Shown here: piece by piece, positions 10,682 through 18,583 of the stretch
How the letters are laid out: each line of letters begins with the position of its first letter
Position numbering within the stretch: the stretch's first letter is position 1
Source: Candidatus Omnitrophota bacterium
GTDB lineage: Bacteria > Omnitrophota > Gorgyraeia > Zapsychrales > JBDRMG01
Reading direction: 5' to 3'
Assembly (NCBI GenBank): GCA_043812495.1
Contig: JBDRMG010000066.1
Span: 1-53,986 of the forward strand
DNA: 53,986 nt
The notes under the pieces: model-generated
Told to the model about the DNA's origin: nothing
Database searches by the model: none
What the model saw: only the letters and a program-made list of their open reading frames with translations
Made by a program: the position numbers and the translations under genes

Positions 10682-11129
10682 GAGATGAGAGATGAGAGAT
10701 GGGAGATTGGAAAAATGAAATTAGAGGATTTAAAAATATATGATAAAGCCCATAAGCTTGCTGTCAACATACATAAAATGTCGCTGACGTTACCTTCTTT
10801 TGAAATGTACGAGGAAGGTTCTCAGATTCGAAGATCTTCAAAATCCGTTTCTTCTCAAATTGTGGAGGGATATTCGCTGAGAAATTACAAAAATGAGTAT
10901 ATTCATTATCTCAATCGCGCATATGCTTCAAATCGAGAAACAAAAGAGCACCTTGATCTCCTGTTTGAAACAAAATCACTTAAAAATGAAGAAATGTATA
11001 AAGATTTCTCTGATGAGATCACGGATCTGAGCAAAATGATTTATTCATTTATTAATTCTGTGGAAAAGGATCATAAATTGCCTAAATTAAAAAAAATATC
11101 TGCTTAGCTCCAATCTGCCATCTGCCATC
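10682..11129. repeat. Complementary 7-mer arrays flanking the four-helix-bundle gene
   Basis: gagatga gagatga gagatgg gagattgg (10682-10710) pairs with tccaatctgccatctgccatc (11109-11129). Confidence 0.8.
10715..11107 (+). CDS. Four-helix-bundle protein (23S rRNA IVS / bAvd-like family) inserted in the V-ATPase operon
   Basis: EDLKIY..AHKL...LPSFEMYEEGSQIRRSSKSVSSQIVEGY...AYASNRETKEHL; AT-rich; ATG 10715 in frame with listed ORF 10565..11107. Confidence 0.88.
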   Translation: MKLEDLKIYDKAHKLAVNIHKMSLTLPSFEMYEEGSQIRRSSKSVSSQIVEGYSLRNYKNEYIHYLNRAYASNRETKEHLDLLFETKSLKNEEMYKDFSDEITDLSKMIYSFINSVEKDHKLPKLKKISA

Positions 11130-11157
11130 GAAAGAAATCATCAAATGAGCTATTCTT

Positions 11158-11775
11158 ATGAGCAAAATTAAGCTAACTAAAGGCGAGCTCAAACGCCAAC
11201 GCGACGCACTTGAGCAATTTCAGCATTATCTGCCTACGCTCCAACTCAAAAAACAGCAGCTACAAATCAAAATTCTTGAAATGAGAAGGACTCTTAAAGA
11301 AAAAGAGGATCTTCTGGCTTCTTTAGAAAATGGTCTCAACGACTGGGTCGGTCTTTTGGCAGATCCGGGTATTGACATCAAGAAATGGGTGATCCCGGAG
11401 CAAGTGATCTTAGGCCAAGTCAATATTGCCGGAGCGAGTATTCCTCTTTATCGCGAAGTCATTTTCAAAGACATTGATTACGACTATTATGAAATGCCGT
11501 TATGGGTCGACCGGGGTGTGGAAGAATTAAGAGAATTGATGCAAATGCTATGTGAAATCGAAGTCATCAAGAAACAAATTTCTATCTTGCAGCATGAACT
11601 TAAAATTACCACTCAGCGTGTGAATCTTTTTGAGAAAGTCAGAATACCTGAGTGCATCGAAAATATCCGCATCATTCGTATTTATCTGGGAGACCGCATG
11701 GCGAATGCCGTCGGCATCAGCAAGGTGGCCAAAAAGAAAATTGAGCAGTCCACCCTGCAGGAAGCGCTTGCATGA
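11158..11775 (+). CDS. ntpD: V-type ATP synthase subunit D
   Basis: KLTKGEL...YLPTLQLKKQQL and TTQRVNLFEKVRIP. Confidence 0.93.
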   Translation: MSKIKLTKGELKRQRDALEQFQHYLPTLQLKKQQLQIKILEMRRTLKEKEDLLASLENGLNDWVGLLADPGIDIKKWVIPEQVILGQVNIAGASIPLYREVIFKDIDYDYYEMPLWVDRGVEELRELMQMLCEIEVIKKQISILQHELKITTQRVNLFEKVRIPECIENIRIIRIYLGDRMANAVGISKVAKKKIEQSTLQEALA

Positions 11776-13628
11776 TAGTTCCTATGAAGAAAATACATTT
11801 GATTGTGCAAAAAAAAGATGCTCAAGGAGCCATCGGAGTACTTCAAGAGGCCGGGATTGTTCATATCGAACATCAAGGAGTTCCGTCGTCGGGTGAGGTC
11901 CAGCAATTGACGCAAGACATTGAGCGTCTCACAAAGGCTTTGGAGATCCTACCCCGACGCCATCCCGACGATACCGTCGGAATGAGTCGGGGTTCCGACT
12001 TTCGCCGAAGGCGAAATGTCGGAACCTTTAACACTCATGTACCAGCCCAATCAATAGATGAAAATCAAGCTGCAAAGGTAGCTCAAGAAATTATTCATCT
12101 TTGCGAGCGAACGCATCAGTTAAAAGACGAAATAGCTCATGGACAAATGACCATCAGTGAATGGGAACCATGGGGCAACTTTGATCCCGACGATATTCAG
12201 CGGTTAGTTAACCAAGGAGTCTGTCTTCAACTTTGCCAAGTTCCCGTTAAAGAATTAGAGAAATTACCGGAAGATATTGCGTTGGAAGTTTTGTTTGTCA
12301 AAGCAGGGCTGATTTACGGCGTTCTTGTTTCAAGGAACATGTTTGATATTCCGGATGAATTCATGGCCAAGGTTTTGTCGCTTCCTTCCATGAGCCTCCA
12401 TCAAATGAAAGCTAAGAAACAAAAATTGGAATCGGAACTTTCGGACATAAATGATCAGATAAGAAAGTTAGTTTGCCATGAAAAGGCCTTGCGCAGAACT
12501 TATCAGGACAAGCTTCTCGCGCTGCGTTATCATGAAGCTTTAGCCGGGATGAAAAAAGAAGAGAGCCTGACATGTTTAAAAGGGTTCTGCCCGCAAGGCC
12601 GATGCCATCAACTTCAAGCCTTGGCCGACCGGCAAAAATGGGCTCTTTTGATTCAAGATCCATTGGACGATGACAGTGTCCCCACGTTTTTAAAAAATCC
12701 CCGGTGGGTTGAAATGATCAAGCCGGTCTTCAGTCTCATGAATATCCTGCCTGGCTATCGGGAAGTGGATATCAGCTTACTATTCCTTCTGTTTTTCTCG
12801 GTATTTTTTGGCATGCTCATTGGCGACGCGGGTTACGGCGCGATCTTTCTTATTATGACTTTTCTAGGGCAGAAAAAATGGTCTAAACATATTCAGAACC
12901 CAGCTCTTTTTGTCTTGATGTATGTTCTTGGTATCTTTACGGTTGTTTGGGGAGTTTTCACAGGAACATTTTTTGGGCAAATTTGGTTACCGTCGAGCGT
13001 ACAGCCGCTTTTTCCCGGACTGCGAAACAATGAAAATATCCAGGCTTTGTGTTTTTTGATCGGGGGGATCCACTTAAGCATTGCCCATATTTGGCGCGGA
13101 CTGATGAAGATGCCTTCGTTGGCGGCTTTGGCCGAGATAGGTTGGCTATCCTTATTGTGGGGCATGTTTTTTCTAGCCAAATTTCTGATTTTAAGTCATC
13201 CTTTTCCTTCATTTGGTTTGGGATTGATTATCACCGGTCCGATTCTGGTTATCTTTTTTAGCCAGCCCAAGAAAAACATGATGAAAACAATTAGCTTGGG
13301 ATTGGGTGATTTTCTTGTGAATTTAACAAATACATTTACCGACCTTGTGTCCTATATCAGGCTTTTTGCGGTTGGACTGGCTTCTGTGGCTGTGGCGGAT
13401 GCTTTTAACCAAATAGCTATGGATATGGGGATGAACACTCTATGGACGAGTCTCGTTGCTGCGCTTGTTTTAGTATTTGGCCATTTGCTGAACATTGTTT
13501 TAGGACTCATGGCTGTCTTAGTCCATGGAGTTCGTTTGAATGTCCTTGAATTTTCTAGCCATCTCAAAATGGAATGGACTGGCTTTAAATATGATCCGCT
13601 CAGAAGAACAGACGACATCAACCTTTAA
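11772..13628 (+). CDS. ntpI: V-type ATP synthase subunit I, carrying an in-frame palindromic insert
   Basis: MIVPMKK, FFGMLIGDAGYG, DLVSYIRLFAVGLA, VHGVRLNVLEF. Confidence 0.93.
   Translation: MIVPMKKIHLIVQKKDAQGAIGVLQEAGIVHIEHQGVPSSGEVQQLTQDIERLTKALEILPRRHPDDTVGMSRGSDFRRRRNVGTFNTHVPAQSIDENQAAKVAQEIIHLCERTHQLKDEIAHGQMTISEWEPWGNFDPDDIQRLVNQGVCLQLCQVPVKELEKLPEDIALEVLFVKAGLIYGVLVSRNMFDIPDEFMAKVLSLPSMSLHQMKAKKQKLESELSDINDQIRKLVCHEKALRRTYQDKLLALRYHEALAGMKKEESLTCLKGFCPQGRCHQLQALADRQKWALLIQDPLDDDSVPTFLKNPRWVEMIKPVFSLMNILPGYREVDISLLFLLFFSVFFGMLIGDAGYGAIFLIMTFLGQKKWSKHIQNPALFVLMYVLGIFTVVWGVFTGTFFGQIWLPSSVQPLFPGLRNNENIQALCFLIGGIHLSIAHIWRGLMKMPSLAALAEIGWLSLLWGMFFLAKFLILSHPFPSFGLGLIITGPILVIFFSQPKKNMMKTISLGLGDFLVNLTNTFTDLVSYIRLFAVGLASVAVADAFNQIAMDMGMNTLWTSLVAALVLVFGHLLNIVLGLMAVLVHGVRLNVLEFSSHLKMEWTGFKYDPLRRTDDINL
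11951..12028 (+). mobile_element. CCGAC/GTCGG double-hairpin element inserted in-frame in ntpI
   Basis: accccgac..gtcggggt and ggttccgac-tttcgcc-gaa-ggcgaaa-t-gtcggaacc; encodes PRRHPDDTVGMSRGSDFRRRRNVG; sister copy at 21868-22001. Confidence 0.8.
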
Positions 13629-13715
13629 AAAGGCCGCCCTCAAACCATAGGTTCGAGGGCGAGCCTCGTCATTTTTTCAAGACAAAAATGACGAAAAATG
13701 ACAGGAGAACATGCG

Positions 13716-14171
13716 ATGGACAATGCTTTGTTAATGCAGCTTAAAGACTTGGGCATGGCTGGGGCCTTAGCTTTTTCAGCCATAGGATCGGCCTTAGGAA
13801 CAGGCGTGGCTGGCATGGCTGCTGTGGGAGCATGGAAAAAGGCTTTTGCTCAGAGTAAGACCGCGCCTTTTGTTTTAACTGTGTTCGTGGGTGCACCCTT
13901 GACCCAAACTATTTATGGCATGATTGTTATGAATACGCTGATTAGCAGTGTAGCCAATGGTAGTTATTTCTGGGGAGCCGGGATTTTTAGCGGTTTGGCC
14001 ATGGGCACATCCGCGTGGATGCAGGGAAAGGCCGGTGCGGCCGCGGCCGATGCCATGGGGGAAACAGGAAAAGGATTTGGTAATTACCTGATTGTTTTGG
14101 GCGTGATTGAAACCGTGGCCCTTTTTGTCATGGTTTTTATCATGATGGGCGTAGGGAAAATCACTGGATAA
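13716..14171 (+). CDS. ntpK: V-type ATP synthase subunit K (proteolipid)
   Basis: Four TM segments with APLTQTIYG, MQGK and GVIETVAL; start ATG 13716 or 13698. Confidence 0.9.
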   Translation: MDNALLMQLKDLGMAGALAFSAIGSALGTGVAGMAAVGAWKKAFAQSKTAPFVLTVFVGAPLTQTIYGMIVMNTLISSVANGSYFWGAGIFSGLAMGTSAWMQGKAGAAAADAMGETGKGFGNYLIVLGVIETVALFVMVFIMMGVGKITG

Positions 14172-14180
14172 ATATTAGAT

Positions 14181-14257
14181 GGACGAATAGCTCAGCTGGT
14201 TAGAGCACCTGACTTACATTCAGGGGGTCGAAGGTTCAAATCCTTCTTCGTCCACCA
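14181..14257 (+). tRNA. tRNA-Val(TAC)
   Basis: Acceptor ggacgaa/ttcgtcc, anticodon arm cctga-ctTACat-tcagg, ttcaaat T-loop, encoded CCA. Confidence 0.95.
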
Positions 14258-14348
14258 AGAAATTTTAATTAAGAAAAGGCGGGAGAGTCCTTCATCGTCC
14301 ACCAAAAATTTAGTTTAGAAAAAGCGGGAAGTCCTTCATCGCCCATTA
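14241..14348 (+). repeat. Degenerate tandem repeats (47 and 44 bp) starting with the tRNA-Val 3' end
   Basis: tccttcttcgtccacca (14241), tccttcatcgtccacca (14288), tccttcatcgcccatta (14332); the spacers are similar, each ending agaaaa.gcggga. Confidence 0.8.
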
Positions 14349-14433
14349 AATGACCCCGCCGCCCCGCTAAAGCGGGGCGAGAGGCGGGGGAATTTACTCC
14401 GAGCCCGCCTATGAATCAATGGCGGGCGAGGAG
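14347..14433 (-). repeat. Double-hairpin element, THAAT family, copy F
   Basis: Plus strand reads taaat-ga-ccccgcc..ggcgggg-ga-attta followed by H1 ctcc-ga-gcccgcc..ggcgggc-ga-ggag. Confidence 0.75.
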
Positions 14434-14499
14434 AAAACAAATTTCTCTTTACAAAAAGAGTATTCCATATTAAACTTGAGTCCAAAATTAGTTGACATA

Positions 14500-14639
14500 G
14501 GGCCCGTGGTGTAGCTTGGTTAACATATCTGCTTGTCACGCAGAAGATCGCGAGTCCCGACACTCGTCCCGCCGAAGGCGGAACTCGGTCGGGATGCCGA
14601 CCGGAGTGAAACGAAGTGTCGGCATTCGAATCTCGTCGG
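14500..14639 (+). pseudogene. Interrupted, 3'-truncated tRNA-Asp copy
   Basis: Identical to 14960-15029 except for a 70-nt double-hairpin insert (14555-14624) before ttcgaa; ends gtcgg-attaag, so the acceptor 3' strand is lost. Confidence 0.85.
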
Positions 14640-14679
14640 ATTAAGATACAGCTGTTGTAAAAGTTGACTTAGAGGCTTT

Positions 14680-14934
14680 ATGGCTTACGTTTATGTTCTG
14701 GAAAGTGAGAGAGTTAAACAGTTTTATATTGGAAGTACGGATAGTTTAGAAGATAGGCTGAAGAGGCACAATCAGGGATACGAGAAAGCAACTAAGCCAT
14801 ATCGGCCTTTTAAAATTGTCTTTAAGCAGAAATGTTTGAATATGGAACAAGCAAGAATTCTCGAACGTAAAATAAAGAAGTGGAAACGAAGAGATTTTAT
14901 TTTAAAGATTATAAATAGCGGCGTTGTCTATTAA
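14680..14934 (+). CDS. Small stand-alone GIY-YIG nuclease (UPF0213/SLX1-like)
   Basis: YVYVL..FYIGST..L..RL..HN.G...TK.YRP....A...E..IKKWK. Confidence 0.9.
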   Translation: MAYVYVLESERVKQFYIGSTDSLEDRLKRHNQGYEKATKPYRPFKIVFKQKCLNMEQARILERKIKKWKRRDFILKIINSGVVY

Positions 14935-14959
14935 CTTTTTGATTTCCGTATTTATTCTT

Positions 14960-15037
14960 GGGCCCGTGGTGTAGCTTGGTTAACATATCTGCTTGTCACG
15001 CAGAAGATCGCGAGTTCGAATCTCGTCGGGCCCGCCA
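14960..15037 (+). tRNA. tRNA-Asp(GTC)
   Basis: Acceptor gggcccg/cgggccc, anticodon arm tctgc-ttGTCac-gcaga, ttcgaat, encoded CCA. Confidence 0.95.
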
Positions 15038-15164
15038 GTCTTCGCCCCGCCTCTTGCATTTCGCAAGAATGCGGCGGGGCTACGCCTGGCTCCAAAAAAG
15101 AGCCAGGCTTTATTATTTAGAGATCCGGCGAAGCTCAACGCGAAAGCCTTTGAGCGAAGCCGGA

Positions 15165-15180
15165 CTCGTCGGGCCCGCCA
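15165..15180 (+). repeat. Repeat of the tRNA-Asp 3' 16 nt (att-like)
   Basis: ctcgtcgggcccgcca is identical to 15022-15037 and is followed by a terminator-like hairpin aaaaaatcctgc/gcaggatttttt. Confidence 0.8.
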
Positions 15181-15273
15181 AATAAAAAATCCTGCAAAAG
15201 CAGGATTTTTTATTTGGCGAGGCTCGCCCATCAATCCGCCGAAGGCGGATTGATGTGGCGGCCCGCTATAAAT

Positions 15274-15308
15274 AAACGCCGTAAACAACTTACGGCGTTT
15301 TTCTTTTA
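15274..15308. terminator. Probable intrinsic terminator between the tRNA cluster and the convergent 15426..16367 gene
   Basis: aaacgccgtaa-acaac-ttacggcgttt followed by ttctttt. Confidence 0.6.
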
Positions 15309-15425
15309 TATTAGATTTCTTGATTCTGATTCTGCTTCGCTGCAAAGTTTTCACGTTGCAGCTTCGCAGAATGGATCCACTCAAAATTATGAAAAAACAA
15401 ACTGCGGATTTACCACGGGATCCAT

Positions 15426-16367
15426 TTACACACCCAAAAGGGCTCGGAGGGTCGTTCGGGCCGTTTCCATAATGCCTTTTGATTTATTACGGAGGTTATC
15501 ATATTCATTGCTGAACACGGTATATTGTTCTCCGAAATCTTTATCGCTTGCGCTGTTCTTCTTTTTTGGTTCCTTGATCTCCCTCCATAACAAAGAAAGC
15601 ATTCTTTCAATTCTCTCGATTTGGTCAATACATGATCTGTAATCCCTGAATGACTTATTGTCAGTCAAGCTTCCCAAAGGAGATACGGAGATATGATATT
15701 TCCATTTTGCTTCATCAAAATTCCAGGACTTGATGAGAAAATTGAGAGTCTGTTCATAAGCAAAATTTCTGTTATTGATGAGAAGATCGCGCAAAACAGA
15801 TGTTTTGATATTCAGAAATTCGGATCTCGATCGATGAAGAGGCAAGGACCTTATGCTTTTTGAGATCTCAGGAAACCAGTTCGCGAGAAGCGGATAGGAG
15901 CCATACGTATCGACCAGGCTTTTCGCGCTGTACTTGTCCCCTGTCCCAAAATCTCCTATGGCAAGATCTGAACCTGTTGTTTCAATAAAGCCTCCGAGAT
16001 TGTCATAGAATTCGACATCCTCATTCACATAATCAAGATCACCCGGCAAAAGGACAATTCTTTCCGCTTCAGGATAATGGTCAAGCACATGACCCCAACC
16101 GGCAAGCCATGTCTGGCATGTATCCACAGACCAGGTTTGTACAACCTCAAGGGTCTTGTATCTCTCATCCTTTATAAAAGAAGCGGCATTCTGCCTTAAA
16201 ACCGTAAATTTGGGTAAGACAACAATCGGCTTGGGATCAATTTGCTTACACCTTTCAACGGTCCACCAGAAGTACCATTCACACTGTTTATTATTCTCAT
16301 ACCCCAGGTAGGGAAAGATAATCACCGGTTTGGAATTTATGCTTTTATGATTGGATTGTTTAGCCAT
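15426..16367 (-). CDS. Hypothetical protein, possible GT-A fold glycosyltransferase-like
   Basis: 313-aa ORF; PVIIFP near the N-terminus and IVLLPGDLD (DxD-like); downstream of a sugar permease. Function uncertain. Confidence 0.5.
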   Translation of the reverse strand: MAKQSNHKSINSKPVIIFPYLGYENNKQCEWYFWWTVERCKQIDPKPIVVLPKFTVLRQNAASFIKDERYKTLEVVQTWSVDTCQTWLAGWGHVLDHYPEAERIVLLPGDLDYVNEDVEFYDNLGGFIETTGSDLAIGDFGTGDKYSAKSLVDTYGSYPLLANWFPEISKSIRSLPLHRSRSEFLNIKTSVLRDLLINNRNFAYEQTLNFLIKSWNFDEAKWKYHISVSPLGSLTDNKSFRDYRSCIDQIERIERMLSLLWREIKEPKKKNSASDKDFGEQYTVFSNEYDNLRNKSKGIMETARTTLRALLGV

Positions 16368-16463
16368 ATGTTATCTCGATCCATGATACCCCTTCGACTC
16401 AGTCGCCCTTTCGGGTTCCTTCGCTCAGGGTTAAATAAATATGGGCAATCTGCCCATATTTAT

Positions 16464-17918
16464 TTAAGCTTTTCCTCGTCTCTCTTCCAGCTGCTTACGA
16501 ATGTCATAGGCCTTATCTTCTGAGATGTCAAAGGTCATAATGAGAAAAATAGCAGCGGCAGAGGTTAAGATCGGAATACCGATATCAAAAATTCTCATCC
16601 ACAATAAAGTTCCGGGTACCTGGCCAAGGCCTAATTCCTGGTGAAAACCGGTCGCATTGAGGAGGAATCCGGAGATCAGCGATGTAACGGCAAGCCCAAG
16701 TTTGACCATCCACCAGTAAACAGCACCAAACATACCTTCCCGGCGTGTGCCGGTTTGAAGTTCGTCAAGGTCACAAACATCAGCGACCATGGAATTGGCC
16801 AACGTGAATAGCGATCCTAAGCCAAACGCTATGAAAGGAGCAGCGATCAAAAGTAAATAAGGCTGATCAGGATTATATCCTATCCATTTCAAGGCGTAAC
16901 CAATAATGGAAAGGGAAATAGCAATGAGAAAGGTTCTTCGCTTTCCTATCTTTGTGGAGATCCAAGTGACTAAGAAGATGACTCCGAAAGTACAAGCGGA
17001 ACTCACTGATCCAAAAACACCGAGCAGTGTTCCCCCTTTCTGATACATCATGTCCATTGTGCTCTCGCCACCATGAACATAAAAGAAAATCACATAGGCG
17101 GAGAAGGCGGAGGCCAGCATGAATCCGTTGAAGATCAAGAATGTTGCGGCACAAACCTTAACAAACGGACGATTTGTGAAAGTAATGGCAACACCCTTAA
17201 AGAAGTCTCTGAGAGTACCCGGAATACCCTTTTCTTTTTTGGGTCTTGGTAAGTTGCCGAAATGCTCTTTGTTAAAAATAGCCGGAAGGATACCGCCAAT
17301 CACAATAAAGCCACCGATGAGGAGTGCGAGGATACGTGCTCCATGAACCATATCTGCAAAAAACTTTCTGTTCATAAACCAGAAAAACCAGGGAGCGATC
17401 AGCCAGGCAAATTGAGCGACAAAGTTGCTGACCCCCTGCAGTCGTGTTCGCTCATGATAATCAGGTGTCATTTCATATCCGAGCGCGATCCAGGGGATTG
17501 AATAACAGGTGAATGCAACGAAAAAGAGAATCTGGAATCCTAAGAAATACCAGAAATAGTAACTTTCGCTTTGTCCCTTATGGAGTTGGAACATGAGTGC
17601 ATATAAAATACCTGAAGCAATAGATCCAAAGAATATGAAAGGCCTGCGGCGTCCGTAGCGGGTCCGGGCGTTATCTGAACTGTAACCGATGATGGGATCT
17701 AATACGGCATCGACAATACGGGGAATCATTCCGATGAGACCGACGACAGCGGGATTCACGCCTAACCCGAGGTTTAACACAATGACCATCGCTCCAATCG
17801 CGGCGGCCTGAATGCTGTTCACGAGCGATCCTATACTGTATATGGCTTTCTGAAAAAGTGGAATGCGGTCTTCGCGGGCTGTCTTATGGTGGGTTGGTTG
17901 ATTAATTGTTTGTCCCAT
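16464..17918 (-). CDS. MFS glycoside-pentoside-hexuronide (MelB-like) symporter
   Basis: RIVDAVLDPIIGYSSD...RYGRRRPF, ERTRL, MVADVCD.DEL.TG.RREG; SD aggagg. Confidence 0.9.
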   Translation of the reverse strand: MGQTINQPTHHKTAREDRIPLFQKAIYSIGSLVNSIQAAAIGAMVIVLNLGLGVNPAVVGLIGMIPRIVDAVLDPIIGYSSDNARTRYGRRRPFIFFGSIASGILYALMFQLHKGQSESYYFWYFLGFQILFFVAFTCYSIPWIALGYEMTPDYHERTRLQGVSNFVAQFAWLIAPWFFWFMNRKFFADMVHGARILALLIGGFIVIGGILPAIFNKEHFGNLPRPKKEKGIPGTLRDFFKGVAITFTNRPFVKVCAATFLIFNGFMLASAFSAYVIFFYVHGGESTMDMMYQKGGTLLGVFGSVSSACTFGVIFLVTWISTKIGKRRTFLIAISLSIIGYALKWIGYNPDQPYLLLIAAPFIAFGLGSLFTLANSMVADVCDLDELQTGTRREGMFGAVYWWMVKLGLAVTSLISGFLLNATGFHQELGLGQVPGTLLWMRIFDIGIPILTSAAAIFLIMTFDISEDKAYDIRKQLEERRGKA

Positions 17919-17930
17919 GAACTACCTCCT

Positions 17931-18104
17931 TCAATGAGCGCTTAATTTATGGAGTTCCGCCAACGGCGGAATGACGTAAATTAGAAGCGCGAATTGAACC
18001 CCCACACCAATTTGACATGAAACGCTAAGTTCGAAAAAAACGGTCTCATTGTGTTTAAACCATCAATTCAAAATATTCCCATGCAGTCAAATTGGTGTGG
18101 GGGT
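17931..18104 (-). repeat. Double-hairpin element, THAAT family, copy E
   Basis: Plus strand tcaat-ga-gcgctt..aagcgc-ga-attga, then acccccacaccaatttgac/gtcaaattggtgtgggggt; abuts the SD of the MFS gene. Confidence 0.8.
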
Positions 18105-18293
18105 CTAAGTTGGACAACAACTTGCATTCACTTCCTGCCTGCCGGCAGGCGTTCTGCAAGTTGTGTCCTCCTAAGACATCCCTATTAATTTTAAATTAAA
18201 GAAACGATTCTCCTAAATGACTAGAAGTTTCGTATTATAACAAACAAATCCAGCGCGTACAATAATATTTGTCAAATGGGGGGGCCATAGCTT

Positions 18294-18374
18294 TCTAGCT
18301 ATTGGCGCTTCCTCCCCATGGTCGGTCGCCGTGGTCCTCTAGCTACCGGCGCTTCCTCCCCAGGGTCGGTCGGC
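18294..18374. repeat. Two-copy direct repeat, period 44 bp
   Basis: tctagctattggcgcttcctccccatggtcggtcg versus tctagctaccggcgcttcctccccagggtcggtcg. Confidence 0.75.
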
Positions 18375-18583
18375 CTAGTCCAGATGGCCTAGGCACTTCT
18401 TCGGACATTGCATCCTCAGTCGCGGAGTCAACTTAACAACTTTTATTGGCACACCTACCGCGTCTGCCTGTCAGTAGGCAGGGCAGGCAGGAATCCGGCA
18501 CATCGATAGATCAGTAAAACAAAAACATTCAAATAAAAATCCGCCAAAAGGCGAAATGTTTCATGTTAATTCGTGTAGAAAAT

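Noticed and set aside
10565..10714. N-terminal extension of the four-helix-bundle ORF
   Set aside because: It overlaps ntpB and translates the 7-mer repeats; family similarity starts at ATG 10715.
14555..14624. tRNA intron in the first tRNA-Asp copy
   Set aside because: Too short for a group I/II intron, no bulge-helix-bulge seen, it resembles other CCGAC elements, and the copy also lacks its acceptor 3' strand.
14958..15642. Short ORFs over tRNA-Asp and adjacent hairpins (also 3804-4172, 14336-14563, 31059-31364, 39703-39912, 41083-41394, 47556-48014)
   Set aside because: They overlap RNA genes or palindromic repeats and show no recognisable protein features.
18277..18310. ggggccatagct as a tRNA-Ala 5' remnant
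   Set aside because: Only about 12 nt match, no other tRNA arms follow, and it is explained by a local hairpin gccatagct/agctattggc.
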